From contig JAJEAH010000042.1 of assembly GCA_022824225.1 (NCBI GenBank), positions 2,216 to 66,215 of the forward strand: a DNA stretch of 64,000 nt, in the 5' to 3' direction. The DNA is from Chloroflexota bacterium (GTDB lineage: Bacteria; Chloroflexota; UBA11872; VXOZ01). Positions 39,542-49,965 of the stretch are shown here, one piece after another. Below the pieces are notes generated by a model. The model did not search any database. It saw nothing but the letters and a program-made list of their open reading frames with translations, and was not told the DNA's origin. A program made the position numbers and the translations under genes. How positions within the stretch are numbered: the stretch's first letter is position 1; every line of letters starts with the position of its first letter.

Positions 39542-40290
39542 CGCTGCAAGTTTCTACACTAAAAGTGTCGTTAATATAATACCGTTGGCAGTCGTCCACC
39601 GCGCGGCCTAGCAAAGACCGCGCTTGGCTCACGGTGTCTTCAACGCCGGCGGCGGTCGCTCGTGGCGGACGCCCGTCACTCCCTTGCAATGAGACCGCAC
39701 GCGTTCCGTCGTTCCGGCGCAGGCCGGAAACCATCTTCGTCCGCTCCTGGACTCCGGCTTTCGCCGGAGTGACGTTTTGGGAAGCCGCCGTCGCCGCTCA
39801 GACCGGAGGCGTACTCTCAATCGTTGACGTGCTCTCTTTCACTAACGTGCTTTAATCTTTACAAGGATTATGCAAAGCCGCGCCTCGGATACCGCCCTTC
39901 GGTGGCACACACCCGGTACGGGGACAATGGCGGTTTCCGTCTAACGTGTGCCCGCAACGCGGAACGGGGCGGGAACGCACACGCGCACAGGCTGCAAACC
40001 TACGCTACCGGCCCACACTCCCGCGTAGACGGGAATCCGTTTAGCGCTTGCCGGTCGATTCCACCGGTTTCCCTACCCCGACGCACACGGGAGACCGCAT
40101 GGCGGACCGAGCAAAACGCGTACCAGCGGCCCTGCGCCCCCCGCGCACTTGGGAATCCGCAGTGTTTGTTGGGCCGGGCGCTGGCTTCCGGCTGCCGCCG
40201 GCATGACGGCTTGGATTCGGCCAAACGCAACTCCGGGCGCTTGCTTGCCCTATGCGCGCCGCAGACCGAGCGCTGCCCGGTACGCGGGCC

Positions 40291-42372
40291 CTACGCCGAG
40301 GCTTCCTCTTTTTCGCGCTTGTGGGCTGCCACCACTTGCTCTTGGGTGCTGGCGGGAACCTGTTCGTAGCCCAGGAATTCAGACGAAAACGTGGCGCGGC
40401 CCTGGGTGAGCGAGCGCAGGTCGGTGGCGTAGCGCAGCACCTCCGCCTGCGGGACATCCGCCTGCACCTCCATGGTGCCGGGACTCACCATGTCCATGCT
40501 ATGCACCTTGGCACGGCGGCTCGTGAGGTCGCCAATCACGTCGCCCATGCGGTCTTCCGGCACGCGAACATTCATCTGCAGCACCGGCTCCAGCAGGACC
40601 GGCTTGGCGCGGTCCATAGCCTCGCCGAGCGCCATGGAGCCGGCGATCTGAAAGGCCAGGTCGGAGGAGTCCACCGTGTGCTCTTTGCCGTCCACCAGCG
40701 TCACCCGCAGGTCCACTACCTCGCCGCCGGCCAGCGTGCCTTCCTTCATGGCCTCGCGGATGCCCTTGTGCACCGCTTCGCGGAACGGGGCCGAGATCGC
40801 GCCGCCGAAGATCTTATCCACGAACTCGAAGCCTTCGCCCCGGTCCGTGGGTTCGAGCTCGATATTGCAGACGGCGTACTGGCCGTGGCCGCCGGTCTGG
40901 CGCACGAAGCGGCCCTCCGCCGCGGCCGTGCCCATGATGGTCTCTTTATATGGCACTCTGACGGGGACGGTCTTGACATCTGCCCCAAACTTGCGTTTCA
41001 TGCGCTCCAGCGCGACATTGATATGGGTCTCGCCAATGCCGGATAGCAAGGTCTGGCCCGTGATGGGCTGTCGTTCCACGTGCAAGCTGGGGTCTTCTTC
41101 CGTCACGCGGGCCAGGGCGCTGCTGAGCTTTTCCAGGTCTTCTTTCGAGGTTGGCTCGATGGCGGCGGTGAAGAGCCACGGCGGAAACGTAACCGCCGGC
41201 AACGTCAGCGGCTCTCTGCGTTCGCCCAGCGTGTGGCTGGTGAGGGTGGTGGCGAGTTTGGCCAGCGTGCCTATGTCGCCGGCGCCGATTTCCTGCGCCG
41301 ACTCCTGCTCCCGGCCGCGCACGAAGAGCAGTTGCCCAATGCGCTCCTCGGACTCGGTGTCCACGTTCCACACGCGGGAGTCCGAGCGCAATGTGCCCGA
41401 GTAGACGCGGATGAAGGACAGCTTGCCCACATAGGGATCCCCCAGGGTCTTGAACACGAACGCCGCCAGCGGGCCGTCGGCGTCGGCGGCGAGTTCGCGT
41501 TCCTCGCCGGCCTGGGTGGCTGTGGCCGGGCCGATCTCCGCGGGCGAGGGCAAGAAGCGCACCATGGCGTCCATGAGCGCCTGCACGCCTATGTTGCGGG
41601 TAGCCGAACCGCACAGCACCGGCGTAATCTGCCCGCTGAGCACACCCTCGTGCAGCGCGCCCTGCAGTTCCTCGGCGGAGATGTCCTCGCCTTCCAGGTA
41701 CTTCTCGGTCAAGTCGTCATCGAGTTCCACCACGTTCTCGATGAGGGTCATGCGGTACTCTTCCACCGTGTCCTCGAGCTCTGCCGGCACGGCGGTCTCG
41801 GTTACCTGGTTGTCGGCGCATGTGTAGGCAACGTTGGCCAGGACATCCACCACGCCCGAGAATTCGTTGGCGGCGCCGATGGGCACGTGCAACGGCGCCA
41901 CACCGTTGCCAAAGTACTCCCGCAGGCTGTCCACCGTGGCGAAGTAATCGGCGTTTTCCCGGTCCATGCGATTGACAAAGATGAGGCGCGGCAAATCGTG
42001 GGCCGTAATCCGCTCCCAAGACTCTTCCGTGCCCACTTGCACGCCGCCGGATACATCCACCACCAACACCGCGCCGTCCGACACGTGCAGCGCGCTGGCA
42101 ACCTCCCCGGCAAAGTCGGCGTACCCGGGCGTATCCAGCGTGTTTATCTTGACATCGCCCCATTCAACGGGTATGAGAGATAGATTGAGTGAGATCTGCC
42201 GCTTGACTTCGTCCGGATCGTAGTCGGAAACCGTGGTGCCGTTGTCTACGGAACCGAGACGATTGATCGCACCGGTAGCAAAGAGCATTGCTTCCGCGAG
42301 AGAGGTCTTGCCTGCGCCAACGTGGGAATAGAGTCCAACGTTGCGAATCGATTCCGTTGCATACGCCTTCAT
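40291..42372 (-). CDS. elongation factor G family GTPase (EF-G paralog) with switch-II His-to-Tyr substitution
   Basis: All five EF-G domains are recognisable (SHVGAGKTS P-loop, NRMD G4, domain IV/V conserved blocks). The switch II reads DTPGYADF instead of DTPGHxDF; TAC at this codon was verified on the nucleotide sequence. Start chosen at MKAYATESIRNVGL. Confidence 0.85.
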   Translation of the reverse strand: MKAYATESIRNVGLYSHVGAGKTSLAEAMLFATGAINRLGSVDNGTTVSDYDPDEVKRQISLNLSLIPVEWGDVKINTLDTPGYADFAGEVASALHVSDGAVLVVDVSGGVQVGTEESWERITAHDLPRLIFVNRMDRENADYFATVDSLREYFGNGVAPLHVPIGAANEFSGVVDVLANVAYTCADNQVTETAVPAELEDTVEEYRMTLIENVVELDDDLTEKYLEGEDISAEELQGALHEGVLSGQITPVLCGSATRNIGVQALMDAMVRFLPSPAEIGPATATQAGEERELAADADGPLAAFVFKTLGDPYVGKLSFIRVYSGTLRSDSRVWNVDTESEERIGQLLFVRGREQESAQEIGAGDIGTLAKLATTLTSHTLGERREPLTLPAVTFPPWLFTAAIEPTSKEDLEKLSSALARVTEEDPSLHVERQPITGQTLLSGIGETHINVALERMKRKFGADVKTVPVRVPYKETIMGTAAAEGRFVRQTGGHGQYAVCNIELEPTDRGEGFEFVDKIFGGAISAPFREAVHKGIREAMKEGTLAGGEVVDLRVTLVDGKEHTVDSSDLAFQIAGSMALGEAMDRAKPVLLEPVLQMNVRVPEDRMGDVIGDLTSRRAKVHSMDMVSPGTMEVQADVPQAEVLRYATDLRSLTQGRATFSSEFLGYEQVPASTQEQVVAAHKREKEEASA

Positions 42373-42466
42373 ACGGTTTGTACCCTTGGTGGAAGAAGAG
42401 GTATAGTGCACTTAAGTTTGGCATTATATACCAGAGTGTGGCAACGCATCAAAACCTCGCGACTAG

Positions 42467-42663
42467 TAGGTATTGGCTTAGGCTGCGCAGGTATGGGTGT
42501 CAACGTAAACGGCTGCCCCCCGAAATGTCATTCTGAGGAGTGCGGCTGACATGTCATTCTGAGGAGTGCAGCGACGAAGAATCTATTGTCGGGAGCACAC
42601 TAGATTCCGCGTCTTTGACGAAGTCAGCGAGTCCTGTTCGACGCTGCGCTCGGAATGGCATGA
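42467..42663 (+). mobile_element. E-type hairpin (MITE-like) element, copy 1, with conserved about 60-bp leader
   Basis: TGTCATTCTGAGGAGTGCAGCGACGAAGAATCTA....TAGATTCCGCGTC...GCTCGGAATGGCA forms nested inverted repeats. It is preceded by GTAGGTATTGGC...GGTGTCAACGTAAACGGCTGC, which is shared with the copies at 49659 and 51364. Confidence 0.6.
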
Positions 42664-42949
42664 GGTCTAGCCCATCAAGGTGATCGATCAAGAACTACTG
42701 ATTCCCCAAGACCTCCCTGCCGGTACGGGCAGTCCCTCTACGCTTGGGAGTGGTCGGGTTCGTGTCATGTAGTAGAACCATGCCGCAGCCGGCGGCAGGT
42801 GCTGTGTTGCAGGTTGCTACCTTTCCGCACCCCAACTGGATTGTGTTGTCTCACCTAGCGCGCGCCGGTGAGGGCCTTGGGGGAAACGGCCCGCAGCGAA
42901 TGTGCCGATGGGTCTTGTATGCCCGCCACGAAATAAGGGAGGTAGCTCG

Positions 42950-43321
42950 ATGCAAATGAGGATAATCAAAGTCGCGCTGCTCGTGCTCGCGGTCATGCAC
43001 CTGCTGTTCGTCGCCGTCACGGCGGCTGTCGGCGGATTTGCCGATGGCGGCGACCTCCTGCAACGACTGACCCTCATGGTCGTCCATCCGGTTACGGCCG
43101 TTGTGGTGCTGTACCTGGTGGCGGCGCGGGCGCCTGCGCCCATCGTGCTCCGAATCGGGTCCGTCCTCATTGCTCTCAACGTAGCCTTGGACGTGTACTT
43201 GGCAATTGCTTTCCTCTCCGGCGCCCTGCTCGGCGACTGGTGGCTGGCGGCCGCCTTTGCGGTGGTTCCCATACTCGGGTTGATCTACGCGTGGACGGCC
43301 TCGGCCCGGCGCGCTGCTTAG
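42950..43321 (+). CDS. hypothetical small membrane protein
   Basis: Four predicted TM helices. Start chosen at MQMRIIKVALL. No family recognised. Confidence 0.4.
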   Translation: MQMRIIKVALLVLAVMHLLFVAVTAAVGGFADGGDLLQRLTLMVVHPVTAVVVLYLVAARAPAPIVLRIGSVLIALNVALDVYLAIAFLSGALLGDWWLAAAFAVVPILGLIYAWTASARRAA

Positions 43322-43393
43322 ACGCCCCGCCACAGGCCCGGCCGTGACTGGCGAAACCGGCGCGAGTGTGCGCCCAACGGAGAAGGCGGGACG

Positions 43394-43840
43394 ATGGTGA
43401 GTCAACTCATCGGATCATTTCACACGCGGAACGCGGCACTGCAGGCCATCGAGGAACTGGCAGCACTGGGCAATGACGTGGAGTTCGTCCCGGTGGCACA
43501 CGGCGGGACCCGCGGAGCCGCGCTGCGCGTCATCTTGCGCAGCGCGCAGGGGGCCTTCATTGGCGGCGCTATTGGGCTGGCCGCCGTCTTCATCGTGCCG
43601 AGCGAGTTCCTGCTGCCTGTCGCGATCATTTGCAGCGCGGCTGGCGGACTGCTCAACGTCCGCCTCACCCGACCAAAGCCGCTCCCGATTGCGGTGGAGG
43701 ATCCAAGCGTACAGGTGCTCGTGATCGTGCAAGGCAGGGACCTGGAGACGGCCAGGATGGTGCTGCAGAAGGAAGGCGTCACGGCCATCCGGCAGATCGA
43801 CCCGGACACGGCGCGCCCTGCAGGGTCTGCCGGAGCCTAG
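43394..43840 (+). CDS. hypothetical protein with central hydrophobic segment
   Basis: 148-aa ORF with reasonable codon usage. No motif recognised. Confidence 0.35.
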   Translation: MVSQLIGSFHTRNAALQAIEELAALGNDVEFVPVAHGGTRGAALRVILRSAQGAFIGGAIGLAAVFIVPSEFLLPVAIICSAAGGLLNVRLTRPKPLPIAVEDPSVQVLVIVQGRDLETARMVLQKEGVTAIRQIDPDTARPAGSAGA

Positions 43841-44234
43841 GCACGCGGCTCTTGGGCGCGGGCGTGGGCGCGCGCTGCGACCGTGGAGTTGCGGCCCGGC
43901 CGCGGCGCGCCGGCATTGCGATCGCCGCGCTTCCGCCCTGCCGGCGAGTGCGACCCCTCTTTGCGTGACATAACCCCCGGCCTTTCGCCGCTCCCTCGTT
44001 CGCCAATGCGCTGGGTCGCGCCGGTAGTCTCCGGCCCCGGCGCGGCGACGTAGGGTTTGCCCCGCAGCGCGCAGCCACAGCACGGATGGGTGGCGGGGAA
44101 GGCTATGGTGGTGCGTTGGCCCGATGGCGCGCAGCCAAGCACACGCTCATTGACTGGATTGAAAGCAATCTGAGTAGGCCCCAATGCGCCCAGTGGCTGC
44201 GCTCGGCCGCGTGCTGTCGCGCTTGGTCCGGCGC

Positions 44235-45365
44235 TTACCGCGCGGCAATGCCGGCGGGTTGCAGGATCTCCTGCAAGCGCGCGATGACTGTCGGCACGTC
44301 CTCGGGGCGCAATGTAATGGGATCGATGAAGAGAAAACCCTCTTCAGCGTAGTGGTCGCGGGTGTAGATGGGCGGGGTGCCGGATTCGAGTGCCGCGCAG
44401 ACGGCCACGGCGTCCATGCCCGCCACTGCCGGATCGACCACGAACTTGGTGCGGGTCTGCGGATTGCCGGTAACGTCCCGCTCGGCAAATACGCTGACTC
44501 CGGGAATGCCCTGCAGCGCCGCCACCATCACGTCTACCTTGGCGTTCTGCTCGGCTTCCCAGGCGGCGTAGTCGAGATTCGCCAGCCACTCCATGCGCTC
44601 GATGACGCTCACGATGCCCTCTTTCGAAGGCTTCATGGCGCGGCCGATGCCGGTGCCCTGCAAGGCCGCTGCCGCCACCAAGTCGCGCCTGCCGGCAATG
44701 ACACCCGAGGTGAAGCCGCCCAGGTGCTTGTGACCGCTGAAACAGACCGCGTCGGCGCCTTCCGCCAGCAAACGATGCGCAAACAGCGCCCCTGCCGCGG
44801 CGTCGACAATCACGGGAAGGTTGTGGCGGTGGGCGATCGCGGCGAAGTCCGGCAGCGAAAGTTGGCCGCTGGCGGCGGTCATGTGGGAAACGACGTAGAG
44901 AGCGGCGGCGGTCTGTTCGGTGACGGCGTACTCCATTTGCTCCGGCAGCGCGCGGTTTGCCTCACCGAACTCAACAGCCTTGGCGCCGCTGAGGTGGACC
45001 ATCTGCGTCACCGGCGCGCCGAATCCAACTGTGTGCCGCTTCTGGATGATGACCTCGTTGCGCATGCGGCTGGTGTCGGGCAGCGCCAGCACTTTGCCCA
45101 GGTGCGTGCCGGTCATGGCTCCGGCACAAAGGACCGCGATGGCTGACGCCGCGCAGTGCGTTACCGTGCCGGCTTCCGCCCCGGTGGCGTGGGCAATGGC
45201 CGCATCGGCGGCGTCGAGCAGTTCCGTCATGCGCGCGAATTCCGGCGCTGCCTCCACCACCCGCTCCACTACCGCAGGCGGCACGGACGATGCGCCCAGC
45301 GTGGTCTGCGTGCCCGCGGTGTTGATGATGGGCGTCAAGCCATAGCGTTCGTGGTACCTGGACAT
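44235..45365 (-). CDS. SelA-like/DgaE-like fold-type I PLP-dependent enzyme
   Basis: FSGHKHLGG (PLP-lysine context, cf. SelA SGDKLLGG) and overall collinearity with the L-seryl-tRNA(Sec) selenium transferase-related family. Start chosen at MSRYHERYGLTPIIN. Confidence 0.55.
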   Translation of the reverse strand: MSRYHERYGLTPIINTAGTQTTLGASSVPPAVVERVVEAAPEFARMTELLDAADAAIAHATGAEAGTVTHCAASAIAVLCAGAMTGTHLGKVLALPDTSRMRNEVIIQKRHTVGFGAPVTQMVHLSGAKAVEFGEANRALPEQMEYAVTEQTAAALYVVSHMTAASGQLSLPDFAAIAHRHNLPVIVDAAAGALFAHRLLAEGADAVCFSGHKHLGGFTSGVIAGRRDLVAAAALQGTGIGRAMKPSKEGIVSVIERMEWLANLDYAAWEAEQNAKVDVMVAALQGIPGVSVFAERDVTGNPQTRTKFVVDPAVAGMDAVAVCAALESGTPPIYTRDHYAEEGFLFIDPITLRPEDVPTVIARLQEILQPAGIAAR

Positions 45366-45434
45366 GCTATGCGACCTACCTCTCTCCGCTTGTGATTCAA
45401 GACCTACCTGAACGTCATTTGCCTGTAAACGGCG

Positions 45435-45480
45435 TTGGGGCACGGCATAGTGTAGGGGCACGGCATGCCGTGCCCCTACG
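45435..45480. repeat. C-type perfect palindrome GTAGGGGCACGGCATGCCGTGCCCCTAC plus adjacent half-copy
   Basis: 28-bp perfect palindrome at 45452-45479, about 70 nt upstream of the SelA-like start. Family members sit at 49427, 57745, 58656 and 61658. Confidence 0.85.
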
Positions 45481-45818
45481 CTCCAAGTTGCTCGTACGTG
45501 TACAAGAGTCCTCGCGTTTGGGTCTGAAAGCCCCTCTCCCGTCGAGGGAGAGGGTTGGGGTGAGGGTGAATGTTGCCAGTCAGGCAAACCTGCCCATAGT
45601 AAACAACCACGCATTCACGCTATCCCAACGCAGCAGCAACCTACCCTTCACAATTCTCCTCCGGACGATCGAGGATAGCCTGTATCTGCGGCTTCAGAAC
45701 TGCCCAAGAGGGCAACCACAAGGGTTGCCCCTACGTGTTGGTCGTTTGACGGCGCCGTACGGCCCGGTGGCCGGCGGCAGCCAGGTTGCCTCTACGTGTT
45801 GTTGGTAGCTTGACGGGA

Positions 45819-47246
45819 CTACCCTTTGTACTTCTCCTCCGTTTCGTCCAAGATGGCCTGGATTTGCGGTTTCAGCGCCAGCAGGCCCTCTTCCACGCCC
45901 GCGGTACCGGCGTAGACGTTGTTGAGCCATTCCTTTACCTCTGCGGAACCGCTGAAGGCGAAGTTTGGCACCACCCAGCCGGGGTCATAGCCGCCCGGAT
46001 AGTCGAGGACGTCGATGATGACGTCCAGCCGGACCTTGTCTTTCAAGTCAGGGAAGGTCTCGTTGGCCCACTGCTCCATGAGGTCGGCGCGCATGGGAAT
46101 CGTGCCTTTGCCTACGGCCCAGTTCAGGGTGCTGCCCTGCCAGGCCACGTATTGCCAGGCTTCTTCGGGATGGTCGGCGTTCGTCACCACACCGTTGGCG
46201 TCCGTCCACTGGAAGGAGGCCGTGGTCTGCACTGTCGGCAACGGCGCGAAGTCGATAGGCAGGTCTTCGTCGCGAATGCGCTGCATCATGTCGCCGAACG
46301 TGCCGCTGGAGAGCGTATTCAGGAACGCCAGTTTGCCCTGGTAGAAGAGGTTGACGATGCTGCCCTCGCCGAACAGGTCCGCGCCCTGGCCCGGTTTGAG
46401 CATGGCGCCGTGCTCATGCACCATGGAGAAGTAGTCTTTGTAGCACGCCATCGTCTCCGGGCTGTCGCACACGGCCGTGCGGCGGTCGTCGGAAATCCAC
46501 TGGCCGCCCCAGAGGAACGGGAGATTGCCGACCAGCGCGCCGGTGCCCATGTTGGAAGCGCCCATGGTTGCAACGGCGCCGCCCTCAGTAACGGTCGTCT
46601 GCCGCGCCATGTCAATGTAAGCGTCCCAATTCCATTCCGGGTCGCCCCACGTGGCCGAGGGCTCGTTGAGGCCGGCTTTCTCGATGATCTCCCGGTTGTA
46701 CGGCAGTGCCATCATGTTGCCGCCGGTCTGGTTGGGCAGGCTGACGATCTCGTTGCGAATGCGGCTGATGGAATTGAAGATGTTCTGCGGATAGTTGCTC
46801 AGGTCGAAGTTGTCGCGCTTGATGTAGTCGGCCAGATCGATGAAGTACCCGAGCAAATACGTGGCGTTGTCACCTTCCCAGGCGGCATCGGGTTGCTCAC
46901 CGGCCGCAAAGGCGGTGCGGAACGACTCCTGGTAGGCGTGCATGTTGTGGATGACTTCCACCGTAATGCCCGGATGGGTCTCTTCGAACGGGGCAACCAG
47001 GGTTTCCGGATAGTTCTCGAGCTGACGGGCATTGAGCCAGGTGCCGTAGCGGATGTGCACCGGTTCCTTTTCGGCGGCAGCCTCTTCCGCCTGCGGCGCG
47101 GCTTCCTCTTCCATTTCCTCAGCGGCGGCATCGGGCTCCATCATCGTGGCCTGCCCGCAAGCGGCAAGGAAGGCGCCAGCGCCGGCCATCCCAATGCCGG
47201 CGAGGATTCCCCGCCGGGTCAATCGCAACTCATCACGCGTAGACAT
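45819..47246 (-). CDS. ABC transporter substrate-binding lipoprotein (family 1 SBP) with TAT signal
   Basis: TRRGILAGIGMAGAGAFLAACG has a twin-arginine motif and lipobox. An acidic Ala/Glu-rich linker is followed by an SBP_bac_1-like body. Start chosen at MSTRDELRL. Confidence 0.75.
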   Translation of the reverse strand: MSTRDELRLTRRGILAGIGMAGAGAFLAACGQATMMEPDAAAEEMEEEAAPQAEEAAAEKEPVHIRYGTWLNARQLENYPETLVAPFEETHPGITVEVIHNMHAYQESFRTAFAAGEQPDAAWEGDNATYLLGYFIDLADYIKRDNFDLSNYPQNIFNSISRIRNEIVSLPNQTGGNMMALPYNREIIEKAGLNEPSATWGDPEWNWDAYIDMARQTTVTEGGAVATMGASNMGTGALVGNLPFLWGGQWISDDRRTAVCDSPETMACYKDYFSMVHEHGAMLKPGQGADLFGEGSIVNLFYQGKLAFLNTLSSGTFGDMMQRIRDEDLPIDFAPLPTVQTTASFQWTDANGVVTNADHPEEAWQYVAWQGSTLNWAVGKGTIPMRADLMEQWANETFPDLKDKVRLDVIIDVLDYPGGYDPGWVVPNFAFSGSAEVKEWLNNVYAGTAGVEEGLLALKPQIQAILDETEEKYKG

Positions 47247-47698
47247 CAGTCTGCCTCCTACAACTACTGTTGGCACCACATACCAGATATGTGCGCCCTT
47301 GCGGCGAAAGGCAACACAGTGAACGCCATGGGCGATCCGACTACACCCAGGCATCGCTACTCTGGCGCGTTGTGCCTACAATCTACTTTCTATTGACAGC
47401 GTTTGTCAAGACATGCAATAGGGATCACACTGCATTCGACCTGGCGAGAATCCAGAATACCTTTCATGAGAATCTTTGACGAAACCGAGAAGGGCTACGA
47501 TGCGCGTGCGCCACAAGGGAGAGAGTTAGCAAAGCAGCATAGAGTGGCGCCGTCGTGACAGGTCGAACTGTAGTTATTTCTTAGTAGGTGAATTGCCCGC
47601 CAGAAAGAACCCTAGGCCGGGGTACAGGGCGATGCCTACCCTGATTTGCATGGACGAGATGCTGGGAGACCCGGTCCAAACTGGGACGTATGCGTAGC

Positions 47699-47950
47699 CT
47701 AGCCGCCGATTAGCAATTCAGCAAGTCTAGGCAACACAACCAAAGCAGCACCGAAAAAGAGGATCCACCACCTTAGGGCGCGGATTTCGCTGCGCAGCGA
47801 ATCAAACTCACTACGAAGGTCGTCGTTGTTCCTGCGCGGACTGGCGATGCTACGGGACAGTGCTGAGATTCCGGCGTCCAGCCTAGCGACGTCAGCCTTC
47901 AACTCGGCCTTCATCTGTGTTAGGTCGGCTTTAAGTTGCCAAGTGCTCAT
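47699..47950 (-). CDS. small coiled-coil protein with C-terminal TM anchor
   Basis: 83 aa. Heptad-like LKADLTQMKAELKADVARLDAGISAL followed by WWILFFGAALVVL. It has the same architecture as 19542..19886. Confidence 0.35.
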   Translation of the reverse strand: MSTWQLKADLTQMKAELKADVARLDAGISALSRSIASPRRNNDDLRSEFDSLRSEIRALRWWILFFGAALVVLPRLAELLIGG

Positions 47951-48202
47951 AGCCGCCTTCTATGCGGCTTACGCGCTCGCCGTGGGCAGGTAGTTGCTCC
48001 GCCACCAGGTAGCCTTCTCCCACTGTAATTGGGTTTACCTTTCCTTATACTACATATATGCTATAAATACAAGAGACCAACACCTCTAAGCCTCAAAAAC
48101 GGTCTAGTGATGCGCTGCAAAATACGCTCCTCAACTACGGGTCAACTACTCGCCCCAGGAATAGTCTAGCACCGGATTCCCCGGTCGTGAATCAGGAATC
48201 GG

Positions 48203-49141
48203 CTAGTTTGACTGGTAACTACGCTTGGCATCCGGCAGGCCCACCGGCTTGCCCAGCGCTTCCGCCATGGCGCGGACGTGGTAGGGCAGCGCGCCGCAGC
48301 AGGCGCCGATGAAATCGATTCCTATACCCTCTGCCTCCTTGGCATACTCGGCCATCACGAAGCGGGAGACGACCCGGGGTTCCACTCGTGGGTAGAGGCC
48401 GGCGCGGCTGATGGCTTGGTTGAATACCTCGCCGGGCTCCAGTTGATACGCGGTGGGCTGGACGCAGACGGGCGCCGCAACCGCAGCCCGTATCCGCCGC
48501 GCCATGTCGTTCATGGTCTGCCAGGGCCGCATGCAGTTCAGGCCCACCACGTCGGCGCCGTTGTCTACGAGACGCTTAGCCGCTTCCACCGGATCGTAGC
48601 CGTCGCGGGTGAACTCGCTGTCGCGGAACGTCAGCGTGACCACGGCGGGCACGCCCGCTTCTTTGACAAAGGGAATGGCAATACTCGCCTCTTCCACTGA
48701 ATAGAACGTCTCGACGATGAAGACGTCCACTTCGGGGTCCATCTGTTCCGCAACCCGCCGCGCGAAGAATTCATTGGCCCGCTTGCGGTCGTCGGCGTTC
48801 AGCGGCTCCCACTTGGACGAACCGGAGTAGATGAACTGGCTGATGGTGCCGGCCACGTAGCGGTCCGGTCCGGCGGCCTCCCGCGCCAACTCCACCGCCG
48901 CTTTGTGTAGCTCCTTCTCGCGCCCGAAGGGCCGCACGCCCCAGGACATGGCTTGTAGAAGCTCCGCGCCCGCCCGGGCGAACTCCCGATGCATCTCCAA
49001 TACGGCCTCCGGGTAGTCCAAGACCGCCATGGGAATATGGGAAGCGTAGCTTCCCGCCACACGCCGTTCCAGCTCCAAGTAGTACGCGCCGTCACCGAGC
49101 AGCGGCCCCTGCGCGAGACGTTCGAGAAAGTCCGCTTTCAC
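48203..49141 (-). CDS. homocysteine S-methyltransferase family protein
   Basis: 312 aa. LGDGAYYLELERR, FIVETF, GLNCMRPWQ and GACCGALPYHVRAMAEAL (zinc-binding Cys pair) are Pfam S-methyl_trans-type motifs. It is a paralog of the gene at 1..805. Confidence 0.8.
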   Translation of the reverse strand: MKADFLERLAQGPLLGDGAYYLELERRVAGSYASHIPMAVLDYPEAVLEMHREFARAGAELLQAMSWGVRPFGREKELHKAAVELAREAAGPDRYVAGTISQFIYSGSSKWEPLNADDRKRANEFFARRVAEQMDPEVDVFIVETFYSVEEASIAIPFVKEAGVPAVVTLTFRDSEFTRDGYDPVEAAKRLVDNGADVVGLNCMRPWQTMNDMARRIRAAVAAPVCVQPTAYQLEPGEVFNQAISRAGLYPRVEPRVVSRFVMAEYAKEAEGIGIDFIGACCGALPYHVRAMAEALGKPVGLPDAKRSYQSN

Positions 49142-49658
49142 CGGTCCCCCTCCTCCACAATTGCTGCTGAACGCAGGTCTATCATACTGGAAAAAGCGCC
49201 TGCCTCCTAAGCCGCGGCGCCGGGACTCATGCGCTAGCGGGGCAACTCGGCTTGAGTATTATGTTGACGTAGGGCGGAGCCCAAGAGCGGGGTACAAGCC
49301 CCCGCGCTACAGGACGTTTTTCCGTTCCCGTGGGGCGGAGCCCAAGTGCGGGGGACAAGCCCCAATGGTGTCGCATTAAAGTCGAAAGCGAGCGATAGAC
49401 AGTCGCCGCTTGGTTTGTCAAGCTGTCGTAGGGGCACCACATTTCGTGCCCCTAAGACAGCCAAACAGAGTTTAAATAGCCATAGCAACAGAGGTTACCA
49501 TGGGATCCCAAGGCAGGAACCTAATGCGACAGCATTAGGGACAGGCCCCCGCGCTACAGGAGGTTTTTTCCCTCCCGTGGGGCAGAGCCGGTTGCCCGGA
49601 GGCCATGTGCGGCGGCAATTGCAGGCAGCGCACAGCGAACTGGGCTTGGTTCGCGGTT

Positions 49659-49932
49659 GGTAGGTATTGACTGGGGCTGCACAGGTCTGGGTGTCAACGT
49701 AAACGGCTGCTCATCAGAATGCCATACTGAGGAGTGCAGCCGCTATGCCATTCTGTGGGGTGCAGCCGATATGCCATTCTGAGCAGTTCAGCCGATATGC
49801 CATTCTGAGCAGTTCAGCCGATCTGTCATTCTGAGGAGTGCAGCGACGAAGAATCTAGTGTCGGGAGCACACTAGATTCCGCGTCTTTGACGAAGTCAGC
49901 GAACCCTGTTCGTCGCTACGCTCGGAATGACA
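49659..49932 (+). mobile_element. E-type hairpin (MITE-like) element, copy 2, with internal 20-bp tandem reiterations
   Basis: Same leader and terminal inverted repeats as copy 1. The central part carries three to four tandem ATGCCATTCTGAGCAGTTCAGCCGAT-like units. Confidence 0.6.
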
Positions 49933-49965
49933 CTGATTGCCGTCCCAAATGACATAGAGGGTGCA

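Noticed and set aside
39560-40290. 730-bp gene-free GC-rich region examined for a structured RNA (RNase P, tmRNA, SRP, 6S)
   Set aside because: No recognisable RNase P P4 motifs, no tmRNA tag-peptide reading frame or terminal tRNA-like CCA domain, and no SRP GGAAGCAGCC motif were seen by eye. The region contains a REP variant. A covariance-model scan (Infernal/Rfam) would be needed to exclude an ncRNA.
49142-49260. Possible riboswitch (SAM or cobalamin) in the leader of the homocysteine S-methyltransferase gene
   Set aside because: The leader is only about 120 nt before repeats begin, and no SAM-I or B12-box (for example GCCACTG-type) consensus was visible. Unsupported without a covariance-model search.
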